DNA from: the human T2T-CHM13v2.0 reference genome, Homo sapiens
NCBI RefSeq assembly: GCF_009914755.1
Contig: NC_060935.1
Length of the DNA: 64,000 nucleotides
Reading direction: 5' to 3' (one strand)
The stretch's first letter is position 1; every line of letters begins with the position of its first letter. The position numbers and the translations under genes were made by a program. The notes beneath the pieces were generated by a model, which searched no databases, was not told the DNA's origin, and saw nothing but the letters and a program-made list of their open reading frames with translations. Of the stretch, positions 37,787 through 51,308 are shown in pieces.

Positions 37787-40715
37787 CAGTTGACCCCCTC
37801 CCTCCCCTGTGCAGTTAGAAATCTGCATATAATTTTAACTCTTCTAAAACTTAACTACTAATGAGCCTACTGTTGACTGGAAGCCTTACCAATAATGTAA
37901 ATAGTCGATAAACACATATTTTGTATGTTATATGTATTATATAGTGTATTCTTACAATAAAGCAAGCTAGAGAAAAGAAAATCATAAGAAAGAGAAAATA
38001 TGTTTACTGTTAAGTGGAAGTGGACTGCTATAAAGGTCCTCATCCTTGTCATCTTCATGTAGAGTAGGATGAGGAGGAGGAAGAGGAGAGGTTGGTCTTG
38101 CTGTCTCAGGGATGGCAGAGGCAAAAGATGTGGAGGAAGTGGAAAGGGAGGCAGGAAAGGTGGGCACATTAGGTGTAACTTTGTGGAAATACAGTGTAAT
38201 TTCTGTCTGACTTTTTTGCTTGTATGTGTCTTTAAAAATGTTTCTACACCATACTGATCCTTTCACCGTTTGCTTTAGTTTTGGTACCCATATCATAGAA
38301 GGGTCCACGTTGTAAAAGAAGTCAAAAGCAGTCTTGAATAATGAGAACTCTTCTGACGGATTGCTTAATGTCAATTTATTTTTTGGCTCTGCTTCTTCTA
38401 CATCTTTCTCATCATCTGGCACTAGTTCAGAAGCTCTCACCTCCATCAAATTGTCTCCTGTTAATTCCTCTGGTGTCTATTAGCTCTTGAATTGCCCCAA
38501 GATCCACATCTTGAAACCCTACCCCCCACTGCCCCCAACCTTTTTTGCTATATCCACAATCTCTTTCATGATTTCCTTGATTGACTTTGTCATAAATCCT
38601 GTCATGCACAACATCTGGACACTTCTTTTTCCAGCAGGAATTTATTGTTTTGGGCTTAATAGCTTTCATGCTTATGCTTTTTTTCTGTAAGAATAACATC
38701 TCCAATGGTATAATCCTTCCAGATTTTCATGATGTTCTCGATCAGGATTTTCTTCTGTAGCATTGACCGTCCTTTCCATAGTGTACCCTGTGAAATTAAC
38801 CTTAAAGGTCCTGATGACCCTCAATTTAAAGGCTGAATGAGAGATGTTGTATTTGGGGGCAAGTAGACCACTTTCGGTGTTGAACTCATGGAGTTCTGGG
38901 TGGCCAGGGGCATTGTCTAATATCAAAAGAATTTTAAAAGGTTGCCCCTTACTGGCAAGGTACTTCCTGACTTTAGTGACAAAGCATCAATGGAATCAAT
39001 TCAGAAAAAGCGTTCTGCTTGTCCAGACCTTCCAGTCCAAAAGACTGGAAACTGGTGTTCATCTTTTCCCTTCAAGGCTTGGGGGTTAGCAGCTTTATAG
39101 ATAAGGGCAGTCCTGATCATAAACCCAACTGCATTTGCGCAAAACAGTAGAGTTAGCCTACCCCTTCCTGCCTTAAATCCTGTTGCTGGCTTGTTTTCCT
39201 TACTAATAAACGTCCTTTGTGATACTTTTTTTTTTTTCTCAGAATAGGGCACTTTTGTCTGCATTAAAAACCTGTTCAGGCAGATATCCTTTCTCCTCAG
39301 TGAATTTTTTTTTTTTTTTTTTTTTGAAGGAGTCTTGCTTTATCACTCAGGCTGGAGTGCAGTGGCACCATCTCAGCTTACTACAACCTCCGCCTCCTGG
39401 GGTCAAGCAGTTCTCCTGCCTCAGCCTTCGAGTAGATGGGATTACAGATGCCTGCCACCACACCCAGTTAATTTTTGTACTTTTAGTAGAGAGAGACAGG
39501 GTTTCACCATGTTGGCCAGGCTGGTCCCAAAATCCTCACCTAAGGTGATCTGCCTGCCTCAGCCTCCCAAAGTGCTGGGATTACAGGTGTAAGCCACCAC
39601 ACCCAGCCCTCAGTGATGTTCTTAACAGGTCTGGGAACTCGTCTGCTGCCTCTTGGCAGGCAGAAACTGCTTCTGCTATTATCCTGACATTTTAAAGCCA
39701 AATCTCTTTCTAAAATTATCAAACCATCCTTTCCTGGCATTACATTCTCCAGCTTTAGATCTTTCACCATCCTTTTGCTTTTAAGTTATCATATAATGAC
39801 TTTGCTTTTTCTCAAATCATTAGAGTCTATATGTATGCCTTTCTTATAGCAACCCTGTACCCACATAAAAGCAGCATTTTCAATATGAAATGAAGGAGTA
39901 CTTCACAAAAAGTTCAAGGTTGTTGCACTTGGTGTCATAGCAACAGCCACAACTTCACAAATTGCTCTTTCTTTTTATGTACCTACGCTGTATTCATTCA
40001 TCTTGAAATGGCTGGTAAGTGCAGCTGCAGACCTCAATCTACAGTGCATATCAAGACATTCAACTTTTTCTTGTAATGTCATCACTTTGCTTCTTGAGAA
40101 CACTTCCAGCACTGTTAGTGGCACTTTGTATGGGTCATATATTCAAGCTTTATGGTACTGCACTAAACATGATGAAAAATATTCAAGAACTGAGAGATTA
40201 TTTTTTATTGCAACCTGCAATTTACTGGAGAGATGAATTGTTCAAGAGGAGATGATCAGCATCACACAGCACTTTAGGTGGATACTAGCAACACTTGGGC
40301 TCACTGCAGTAGCAGCAGGAAGTGACTAAAAAATTATTACAGTAGTTCAGTATATACTACAACTAATTTTATGCAGCTGTAATTTAATACTACATCTTTA
40401 TGTTTGTTTACATTTCTCTTAACTGTGAATGGCATAATGTATGGTCTGTTTGTGTGCGTAAGTTTTGATCAATTTTAACTTTTTAAAATAGATTCGTGTA
40501 TAATTTTTTGTAGTAATTTATAAAATAGACTAGTTTTTATCTATATGTATTTATGACACATGTAACATCTTCTTAATTTTTTGGTATTTCTAGGCTACAC
40601 AGTTCATCTGGGAGTTTTTTCAGATTGTTACATATCTCTACAATTTTTTCCAATATACTTATTGAGAAAAACCTGTGTATATATGGACCTGGGCAGTTCA
40701 AACCTGTGTTGTAAT
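37787..40715 (-). mobile_element. Near full-length Tigger2 (pogo-like) DNA transposon with a decayed transposase, inserted into a MER5
   Basis: Ends resemble Tigger2 (ta|cagttgaccc...; ggacctgggcagttcaaacctgtgttg). Broken minus-strand ORFs carry pogo DDE motifs (MILDNAPGHP; FKAGRGRLTLLFCANAVG). MER5 halves flank it at ~37695-37786 and ~40716-40801. Confidence 0.85.
39305..39608 (-). mobile_element. Alu inserted in Tigger2
   Basis: Antisense dimer; TSD core ctcagtga at 39296-39303 and 39609-39616. Confidence 0.95.
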
Positions 40716-40899
40716 CAGTTGACCTGGGATGTGGCCTGAGCATCAGAATTTTTTAAAGTTCCCAGGTAGTTTAAATATGCAGCCAACGTTGAGAATCACT
40801 GGAATAATAGGAGAGGTTCAAAGAATAAGAAAGAAGTCTTGGCAATTTTAAATCTGAGTACAAAACTTAATTGAAATAATTAATTAGGTGAAATAATTG

Positions 40900-43135
40900 G
40901 AATAATTAGAAAATACACTAGAAAGTAGAACAAAATGATAGAGACCAAAACATGGGAAAAAAAAGAAAGACAGATGTTAATCTACAAACCAAGTGAAGTT
41001 CTGAAAGAGAGAACAGAGGAAATGGAGGAGATATTATCAAAAAAATGAGAATTTTTCCCAGAGCTGAAGCCTATGAATCCTTGAAGAGTTCACTGGGAAC
41101 CAAACATAGTAAGTGGTAAAAGACTCACGACTAAAAAAAAGAGATGATCCCAACAGATTACAGATTCAAAACAAAACTAGAATATATATATATTCTAGGA
41201 GAGCATTAAAGGCAGTCACATAAATGACACTCATCCCTAGGCCACAGCTTAGATTGGATGGTTCTGGAAAAGAGAGGACTCGAATATATATAGAATATAC
41301 AAAGAAATATAAAGGAGGTTGACATCAGCTTTCAAGAGCAATTCTGAAATTTAGAAGAAAACATAGCAAAAGCTTTCAATAACAGGATAAATTTATTTTT
41401 AACCTATATTCAGGAAAACTATCGTGTGTGTGTGTGTGTGTGCGCGTGTGATGGAGGAGGGGTGGCAGAATAAAGTTAGATGTACACATACAAGGGCTCA
41501 ATATGTTAAGTCTCCTTCATTCTTTCTTAGAAAGTTATTTTAGGATGTACTCCATGAAAAGAAAGGAGCAAATCAGGAAAGAAGAAAACATGGAACACTG
41601 GAAATTTAGGGGATTCTACATAGGAGAGCATTAAAGGCAGTTGTATAAATGACACTCATCTCCAGGCCACTGCTCAGACTGGATGGCTGGAAAAGAGAGG
41701 ACTTGATTGTGTATCTGATATAATGAAACAATCTTTTAAAATAAAGATAATATATGAAGAAATTACAAGAAGAAAGCCAATCATTCTAAGAAAAAAAATC
41801 TGAAAAGGAAATTTAATCATAATACTGGCATTTTAAATTCTTTGATCTACAAAATCTTTCTGTGTAATCAATTTACCTGTTTTGTTTTTCTCTTATGATT
41901 TCTGCTTTTGATACCATGCTTAGAAAGGCCATTCCAGCTCAATATTAACACATATTTACCTATTTTTTCTCCAGTACAGTTTTTTTCCTTCAAATTTTTT
42001 AGACCACATGCAACTTATCCTAGAGAACTTGTGAGGTAGCAGTAGGAGAACAGCCCTGTGCTGGCACCCATGACTTCATAGCCATCTCTACAGGCGGCAT
42101 AGGCAAGATGTGACCTACAGCTGGTCTGAATCTTGGCAGAACACTTTGTATCTCTCCTGGACCCTAAGAACATAGGATGCTTAGGAGGAGCTGCTGCAAG
42201 GGGCATTCCTTACTTGTTTCTCATCTCCTGGTTCTGGCGAGGTAGGAGGTGTTCTTCCTCACCACCCTTAGGGTACACCTGGAAGCTATAAAACGTTAGC
42301 TGCAGTGTCACACTAGGGTGTCCAATCATTAAGTCACTGTCACTTGGTCTCTTTTGTTTCTGTGTTGCCCTACACCAGGGTCACAGGGACTAGCACCTTT
42401 GGCTACTTTCTTCTGAGTCTGACAGTACCCAACCATCTAAATCTAAAAGGATTTTGTTGTTTCCTTATTCACTGAATCTATCAGCCTTGCTTGGCCTTGT
42501 GCTTGACAGTAGCAACCTATTTTCTAGCAAATTGTTGGTAAATTTTCCTGACACTATTTACTAAATAGTTCATTCTCTTTTCCATTGTTTTTCTTATTTC
42601 TTCTCCTTTTAGAATTTTTTTCCTATATACTAAATTATTTTGTAGCTGTGCTAGTATCTGACCTTTTATTATGGTCCATTTTTCCTTCATCTCTTTATTC
42701 TGGGGACAGAACCACACTAATTTTTGTACATTTATAATGCATTTAAAAATTGGTAGAGAAAACCCCTCTCATTATTCTTGCTTGCAAGATTTTTTTTTTC
42801 TGGATGTTCTTACAAATTTATTCTAATGAAAAATTCTAAAAGAATTTGGTCAAAACACCAATTACATGGGTTAAAAAATATCCCAACCCATTTCGTAATT
42901 TCTTTTGGATAGAGAACTGGTATCTTTATACCACTGAGTCTTCTCATCCAGACATATGTATTCCTCCACATTTATTAAAGTCTTATTTAATGCCCCACAA
43001 GAGAGTACTGGCATTTTCTTCAAAGAGGTCCTGTACATTTCGTCTTCAGTTTATGCCTATGCATTTTACATTCTCTGTAGCTATCATGAATGGGATTGTC
43101 TGTCCATTATATTTCCTAAATGGTTATTGTTTATT
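40900..43135. mobile_element. Patchwork of old L1 (L1M) fragments in both orientations
   Basis: A-rich L1-like sequence at ~40900-41830 and T-rich antisense L1-like sequence at ~41830-42000 and ~42520-43135; boundaries approximate. Confidence 0.5.
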
Positions 43136-44029
43136 ACAGGGATGGTGGGGTCAGGGTGGCCTAGCAGGAGGCACAAAGCCAGCTCAGGAACTGGGGCATC
43201 TGTGGGGCCTGCTGCCACAGGGAACATGCTTGGATGCTCTGCAAGCTTTGCCATGTCTGCTATCCCAGTTTTCTTCTCGTTAGCAGCTTCTTCCTCCCTT
43301 GTGACTTGTTTGAAGTAAACTCTTCAAGAGAGTGACTCACCTCCCAGTTCTTACTGAAAATACTCTCTGGAAATAGGCCTCTGAGACCAAGAGTTAGACT
43401 TTGAAGGTGTGAGTGCAGAGGAAATCTCAAGATGCATTAGAATTCTCTTCTCTGAAAAAGTCAAAATATTATTTAAGCCCCCACCCCTCTTTCCCCCTTT
43501 CTTGGGCTCCAGCACATACAGAGATGGCTGAGCTCCCAGAAAGCTGCTTCCAATTAGTCTAGGACTTTTAGGAGCCATTTCTCTGCCTCTTTCTGAAAAG
43601 GGAGGCTGTTTGAGACCACCCTAGAGAGGAAACCTGGCAGACGCCTCTCTCAGGAGTGTGAACACAACAGGTTTCTTCCTTCTCCTCTCACCTCCTAAAG
43701 TGCCTCTGAGAGCTAGGTCAGGTGAGAGAGAACAGGACATTTTAAAAAATACAAAACTCCTAAAAGGGCCCTGCATAAAGATTTCAGGAACATAGATGTA
43801 TGTGGAGGCTCTGTGGGAGTGTAATTTAGGAAAGATGCTGGTGACACATCTACAACATCACCACAAATAACAACAGCACCACAAATAAAATGACACCAAG
43901 CATTTACTAAAAGATGACTCCGAGGTGGATCCCATTTTTTCCATGCTTGACCTTGGCCAATATCCCACCCTTCCAAAGCTCTACCTGTCTCCTCTCCCAA
44001 CATGAGTGGCTTAATTAGTCCTATTTCTT

Positions 44030-44173
44030 TTCTTTCTTTTTTTTTTTGTACTTTTAGTAGAGACGGGGTTTCACCATGTTGACCAGGCTGATCTCGAACT
44101 CCTGACCTCATGATCTGCCCACCTCAGCCTCCCAAAGTGCTGGGATTACAGGCATGAGCCACCGCGTCCGGCC
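44030..44173 (-). mobile_element. Alu, left monomer only
   Basis: tttagtagagacggggtttcacc...ccaccgcgtccggcc directly joined to a T-tail. Confidence 0.9.
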
Positions 44174-45946
44174 TGATTGCCCTATTTCTAAGAAGGTGCC
44201 CTAAAGACAGGACAAGCCCTCCCCTGCCCACTGGTGCCTGTGCTTCCGGTATCCAGCAGGAAACTGACCCAGCAGGACCTGATCCTGGCAGGACTCCCCA
44301 GGCCTCTGCTCTTTAAGTTGCAGCTTTTCCACCCTGCCTGTATGGGTACCTGCCCCTCCCCAAGCCTGTGCCCATGCCTGCACCAGAAGTAGGCAGTAGA
44401 GAACCTGTCCTGGGGAGTCCAGGAGGCAGGGACCTCATGTGACCCAAGCCTCCAAGCCCTGACACATGCTCCACTGTTCCATAACATTTTATTACAAAAC
44501 ACACATTCAAAGATAAAATTATGAACAATTTTAAGACAGCAACGGCTGAGCATTATACCCTGAAGGTGGGCTCCTCCTGAGTGTGGGGCCTGAGCAACTG
44601 CACTGGAGCCAGGATGCTGATTTGGATCCTCAGTTAATACTTTTCCTCTGTTTTAGATGATTGGAAATTTGGGTGAGGAAGACAAAGGAATAATCACCCC
44701 CACCCTCCAAGAGCGCCCAACAATTCTATAAACTAGGTACTTGTATCACCTCTAATCTTCAGCTTTTTGGGGGAAGTGTTGTTATTGTCACTGTACAAAG
44801 GAGGAAACAGGCTTAGAGATTTAAATAATTTGTTAAGGCCATAAGGCTGTCAAGTGGCAGAACTAAAATTTAATCCAGTTTCTTCAGGCTCTTGTGCTGT
44901 TTCTACTCTATTATAATGTTTCCTCCAAAATAGCAAATATTTGAAGCCACCCAGTTTTTAGACAGGCCTTGCTGTGTGCCCAGCTTGGTGGAGAAGATGC
45001 AGGTACTGCCCCTGAGGAGTCCGGATTTACAGCTGCAGTATCTTTGGTTTCCAGGTTTTATGTAACATGTACAGCTGAATATGTCAAGAGATTGTACTGT
45101 CAATGTCTTCCTGTCCGTGCCCACATTTGTTCCAGGTAGCCGGGTTCCTGCCCACTGCTCACAGGACCAGCTTTGTCTCAGGACACAGAGGCTCTATTGG
45201 CCAGTGGAGCTATAAAGACATGAAGTCCTTCTATCAAGGAAGCCAGAAGCATGAATGAGTGACCTCCATTTTTGTGGTACAGAAACCAAGTCTTGCAGAA
45301 AAAGTGGAACAGACAAATACAGGGAAACCAAGAAAGAGCTGAACAGAGGAAATGCCTTTTAAGTCTTCTAAAGGTAAGTCTTCATTTTACTTGAGTGCTA
45401 TGACTGAGTTTCTAAATCCTAGTGACCAGGCAATTCCTGTCTCGGCCATACCTATGGCCCAACCAAAGTTCTGAGGGGTCAGGGAGCCTCTTAATTCAGA
45501 ATCAAACTTTATGACAGAACAAAACAATAGGCTTTTGAACTTTTACACAGCCTCTGCTAAATGCTACTAGAGATAGATGAATAGACATGCATGAAGTTTA
45601 CTATGTGCCTGCCAGATATTTAAACCTTGTTATTTAATCCTCACAAAACTCCCTCATGATTGTCCTATTACTATTGTTCCATAGGAGAGAAAACAGTCAA
45701 AAGGGCTCATTAACAGAGAAGCAGTCAAGCAAAGCAATAAAGTGGATGGGCTTAGAATAGAGTTCTAGGTTTCAATCTTGGCCCACCGCCCTTACGTTTA
45801 TGACTTTGCTTGTTTTTAAACTTCTTACAAATGACAGTTTCCTTATCTATAAAATGGGGAAAATAATATCAGCTACCTAATAGGGAGTGGTGTCAATTAG
45901 ATGAGTAAAGTACAAATGCAGCTGGTGAACATTCAATAAATCTTAG

Positions 45947-46258
<312 letters not shown>

Positions 46259-46832
46259 AATAAATGTTAGTTTGAATAAAGCTTGAAGTGGCACAGATGG
46301 CTTCACACCATGTCCTCCTGGTTTCAAAGACCTCTCTTTCCAATCAGCATCAGCTTTTGAAGGGATAAGACAGATTCCACAACCACTCCAACAAGAGGTA
46401 TTTTACAAGGAGGGTGCAAGGCAATTTAGCTAAGTATGTTGTTACTTGCGCTGTAAATCTGAAAGCTAACAACACATTTATGTATCTCCTGGGTCTGACT
46501 CAGGTTATAGGATGTTTTACATTGAGAAACCACAGGGAAAGGAAGAAAGAAATCAATGAAATCAGCTTTACTCTGATTCTTCCTAAACCTTTCAGGCTCA
46601 AAGAGGGAATCTGAAACAAGTGGACCCTGGAGAAATAGTGCACCTAAGTCAGACCCCTGGCCCTTGAGATGCTAAAAAGTACAATTCCAAGAACCACAGT
46701 TTTAGAAGTCTGATAATGCCCATTACATCTATAAGCATATTTTTATGTAATTGTAAGGTGCTCATACATGATCCATCATGTATTAATCCTAAACAAGTTA
46801 CTTGGCTTGAGCTTCATTTTCCTCAACTTTGA

Positions 46833-47129
<297 letters not shown>

Positions 47130-47640
47130 TAAAGTTGGAGATAAAAAGGTTTTAATATTAAAAGCTTCTTAAAAACACTAGCTGAAGTATCCAAAATTTT
47201 GTTTAGGAGCTCAGTTTGAAAAAATGTAGAATATAAATGTGGAATCCAGACCTGGGCTCCATTTCCAGCTCTACACCGGACTCAGGATAGTTATAACCAA
47301 TGTCCAGGCTTCCACTGGGAAAATGGAACTTTCCATTTAATTAGGAAATGAGGTATTAAAGGACTTAAATAGTAACATATTATTTTGCTTTAAAACTTCT
47401 ATCTTTAACCTTAGGAACCTCAGTATTTTTCATGGCTGAGGAAGCCTATGAATGAGTCTCTATCTATAAAAGGCTCAATTTCTGGTCTCAAATTTTCTAT
47501 CAAAAGTGGCCTTCTTAAATCACAGCCTAGGTTCACAAAAACTTCATTTTCCAGAACTACTGCTTTTAGTATAGCCTAGTCTTCCTCTCACTTCGCATAG
47601 ATACATCCTCCAAGATAACAAAACTGTTATTTCCAAAGGT

Positions 47641-47646
47641 TTTATT
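47641..47646 (-). terminator. CWC15: Distal AATAAA poly(A) signal candidate of CWC15
   Basis: tttatt on the plus strand. Confidence 0.5.
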
Positions 47647-48142
47647 TTATATATTGTTTGAAGCTTTCTCAGGCTTTGCACTAAATGCATGTCAGGTGCA
47701 TATTCAATCTCTTTCAAAGGAAACATGGCAGTTGAGTATCCAGAACACAAGTGAGTACCGTATACTTTAAAAGAATGCTTACAGAGCTCTCCTCTTCGGC
47801 CATGAGAAAAAAAAACAAGTACCTGCAGAAGTGAGCGATACCCAATGCTCTCCCAGACACACGCCTGGGGTGCTTACTGTCAATGACACTCCTCCACACC
47901 AACATGTGGTCCAAAATAGAATCCCTCTCATCTTCCATTACACTCTTTTAAAAAATGCAGAGAAAATATGAATTAACTCATCTTAAATGTGAGAGAAACA
48001 GGGGGAAAAGGACAAGTTAATGCACAAGCACAATACACAATGGTAATTTTTCTTTTCAAAAGATATTATGGAATGTATTACTAGCAGCATAAATTCCAAC
48101 AAAAAGTTGGGCACCCAGATTTGGTTATTTAGATTAAAAATA

Positions 48143-48148
48143 TTTATT
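48143..48148 (-). terminator. CWC15: AATAAA poly(A) signal candidate of CWC15
   Basis: tttatt on the plus strand, ~240 nt after the stop, followed by a U/GU-rich tract on the minus strand. Confidence 0.65.
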
Positions 48149-48389
48149 ACAGGCAGATTTGCTTTTCCCAGGAAAACATATCACTGGAAACATTTGGAGA
48201 ATGCAAACTGGGTTAAACCTATTCCCAAGTCCATTATCAAGTAAGGTATCACTAAAGAAAAAGATAGGAGTTTAAAACTGGGGAAGCCCACACACAATTT
48301 AGACAGGGGAAAAGAAAAAAAAAACTCATAAAAAAAGTCAGAATGATCCTTTACGTTTTACAGTCTTTAATTAAGCACATAAAACTGTA

Positions 48390-48519
48390 CTATTTAATAT
48401 ATTTCTCCATGAACTTTTTGTGAAATTCAGATCGCAGTGTGTCATTTACAAATCTTTTGTCTTTCTTCTGGTCATCTACACCTTTTGCACAGTTCTTGAA
48501 GACAACGTCATCATCCCAC
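48390..48519 (-). CDS. CWC15: CWC15 last coding exon (exon 7)
   Basis: ttcctcag|G TGG GAT GAT GAC..., encoding [13 protein letters not shown]...FMEKYIK then TAG. Confidence 0.97.
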
Positions 48520-49995
48520 CTGAGGAAAAAAAAGCAAACAGAACGTCTGAAAATGTTTGTATCAGGAGACAAGAATACTACATGCACTGCAAGGCTTAGT
48601 CAGTTACACAGAAAGATGCTCAACATGTGTATCATCTGATGCAGCAATTACACTCAAAAGAATAATGTCATCCTTAATATATAATCTTGCTTTCTTATAG
48701 CAAGAATGGCAATTCCTACTTAGAACATTAAAACATTCTTATTATTTCTCCAGTAAAAGAAACTTTTGAGTTAAAAAATAGAAATATATAGATTTTAATT
48801 GCATAAATATTTAATGTTTTTAGGTCTAATAGAAAGAAGCAGCACCGAGGACTACCCTAATATTAGTGTAGGCATCTGTACATGATAGTAGCCAATCAAT
48901 TTAATGTAGTTTATGTGGTTTTGGGGATTGTAGATATTCCTCTTTTATCAGTTAATGTTTAGTAATCATCTACTGTAATATCCACATTATAGGCCAACAA
49001 AAGGAGAAGGAATCATTGGGGTATAATAATTAAGGCTCAGATATGGCCCACATATACATTAACCAAGGAGAAGTACCAGCTGAAGAGCTCAGAGCAGAAC
49101 TCTGGTTGGATTCCATAATGTATAAGCACGAAAAAAAAACACCCATAAATAAGTTATAAAATACATGTGTTATAGAAAATAAAGAGCATGATTTCAGAAT
49201 ATCACCTAGCATATAAAACACAGGCCCATATACATAATATTGATACCCTCACAAATATATATATAACACAAGCCCATATAATGTGTGTGTTTATGTGTGC
49301 ATGCGCTTACACGTCAGGAGAAACTGCACATGGGAACAAATGTGGGAAAGTGCACAATGAGCAACAAACGTGGGCACCTTTGGAAAACAGTGCAGTAAAG
49401 TCATCACTGATGCAGTACACAGAAGCATAACAAGCTGAGCAGATCAATATGACTGGGATATAAGACATGTTTCTATCTCCAATTCCATTTACATTCAAAA
49501 AAGGCAAAAGAACAAACTATATAGCTTTATTTTTGTATATAATCAGTACAGTTTTTTCTGTATCCAGTCTTTCCTCAACTCCAAACAGGCTTTTTGTCCC
49601 TCCTTCCCAACACCAAAATGCTCTTTCCTGACATTAGTATTTGTCCTCGATGATCACTCCTCTCCTCCTGAAACACTTTGTTTCACTTCTTTCAGTTCTC
49701 CTCCCTTCCCAACTGGCTGCTCCTTGTTAGCCTAGACTTTTTCATTCAAAATTAACTCAATCAATATTTATCAGGCACTTGTATAATGTTTAGAGGCTGG
49801 CTAGATGATTAGAACAGGTACTGGTAACTAATAATCTACCTAACCTCTAAACATACCAAGCTCAGTTCTGACTTCTCCTCTCTAGCTATACCCTTCCCTA
49901 GGTGACTTCATCCTGTCTTATGGCTTTAAAAAGTTTATCTGAGCTGATAACTTCCAAATCTACTATCTCCAGCTTGGACTAATTCCCGAACTGTA

Positions 49996-50235
49996 TCAGG
50001 AGTACTGCATCACTCCAGAGGGGAGAGCAGTCAGCAGTACTGCATCACTCCAGAGGGGAAAGCGGTCAGCAGTACTACATCACTCCAAAGGGGAGGGCAG
50101 GTAGCAGTAATGCATCACTCCAGAGGGGAAAGCATTCAGCAGTACTGCATCACTCCAGAGAGGAGGGCAGGTAGCAGTACTGCATCACTCCAGAAGGGAA
50201 AGCAGTCAGCAGTACTGCATCACTCCAGATGGCAG
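49996..50235. repeat. 35-bp minisatellite, ~6.9 copies, in CWC15 intron 6
   Basis: Unit tcagcagtactgcatcactccagaggggaaagcag starting at 49996, 50031, 50066, 50101, 50136, 50171 and 50206. Confidence 0.95.
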
Positions 50236-50463
50236 ATAACAGCAGTAGAGGTGGTGAAAAATAACGAATATGGTTTAAAAATTAAGCACTGTGGTTCCTT
50301 GACGAATGCATATAAAATAACAACCAATCTTCCTCCCTCAGCATTTCCTGTAAGCTTTTCTGTTTTATTTTATATATCACCATCTGAAGGATTTACAGTA
50401 TTTACAACTTATATTTTCTCCCTTTTCAGCCCTCCTTTTTTACCCCTCCAAACACACACACAC

Positions 50464-50985
50464 TGTACAGAATTTAAAAAGCAGGCCTAGTACTACAATC
50501 CTTAGAAATGCCTGCTTGCAAGGCTGGCCCCTGGCTGGCATTTGAAAATTTGGATCTAAGAAATCTTCTGTCACTGTGCCTATAATTTACAAATAATGTG
50601 GTTTACACTGAACACCTACTATCCTTTTAGGAGTCTGGACTTTGGTATGTGCTAAGCAAAAGCTGCGTACATGACTAGCCACTCCCAGTAAAAACCTTGG
50701 GCGCGGGATCTTTAATGGGCTTCCCTGGGCAGAAGCACTGCACACGTTGCTGCACTGTCCTTGCTGGGGGAAACAATGTGCTGTGTGACCACTCATGGAA
50801 GGGACAGAGCATAGTGACACCTGCACATGGATTCCTCTATTCTCTGTGTGTGTCTTTTCCCTTTATAATCTAGCTGTGTGTCTTTATTACCTTAGCCAAG
50901 CATATTAACTATACACCAAGTCCCCTGAGTTCTTCTAGTGAGTGTCTGAATGTGAGAGGCCATCTTGAGGACCCTTGATATGCAC
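50464..50985 (+). mobile_element. MER68-like ERVL solo LTR
   Basis: tgtacagaa...agcaggcct...ccttagaaatgcctgcttgcaaggctggcccctggctggc. Confidence 0.7.
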
Positions 50986-51226
50986 ACCTAAAATGTAAGG
51001 GCCTCAGTTTATTACTCTGTCCCTAGTGCTTACATCATTATCTAGTACACAGCTGGTTATTGCAACTATCTATTGAAAATAAGTTTATTTTCTTTCATTT
51101 GGCTTCTTCCATTATTCCTAATTGAACAGAGAAGAGTATCAGTGAATGGACGGTGGACTTTTAGAAGCTTTTTACAATGCACCTTGCTATCCAACTTATA
51201 ATCTGCATGCCTGTGTGTATACACAT

Positions 51227-51234
<8 letters not shown>

Positions 51235-51282
<48 letters not shown>
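51235..51282. repeat. (CA)n microsatellite, read as UG in CWC15 pre-mRNA
   Basis: Perfect run ~25 nt downstream of the exon 6 donor. Confidence 0.95.
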
Positions 51283-51284
<2 letters not shown>

Positions 51285-51308
51285 CATTACTCCGTTACTG
51301 TATAGTAC

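Noticed and set aside
37867-39770. Cluster of minus-strand ORFs as a functional transposase or domesticated TIGD gene
   Set aside because: Fragments lie in different frames with stops and an Alu insertion, consistent with a decayed Tigger2
49996-50235. CRISPR-like appearance (regular ~35-bp period with a palindromic core)
   Set aside because: Units are contiguous with no unique spacers, there are no cas genes, and the setting is a mammalian intron. It is a minisatellite; ORF 50110-50490 only reads through it.
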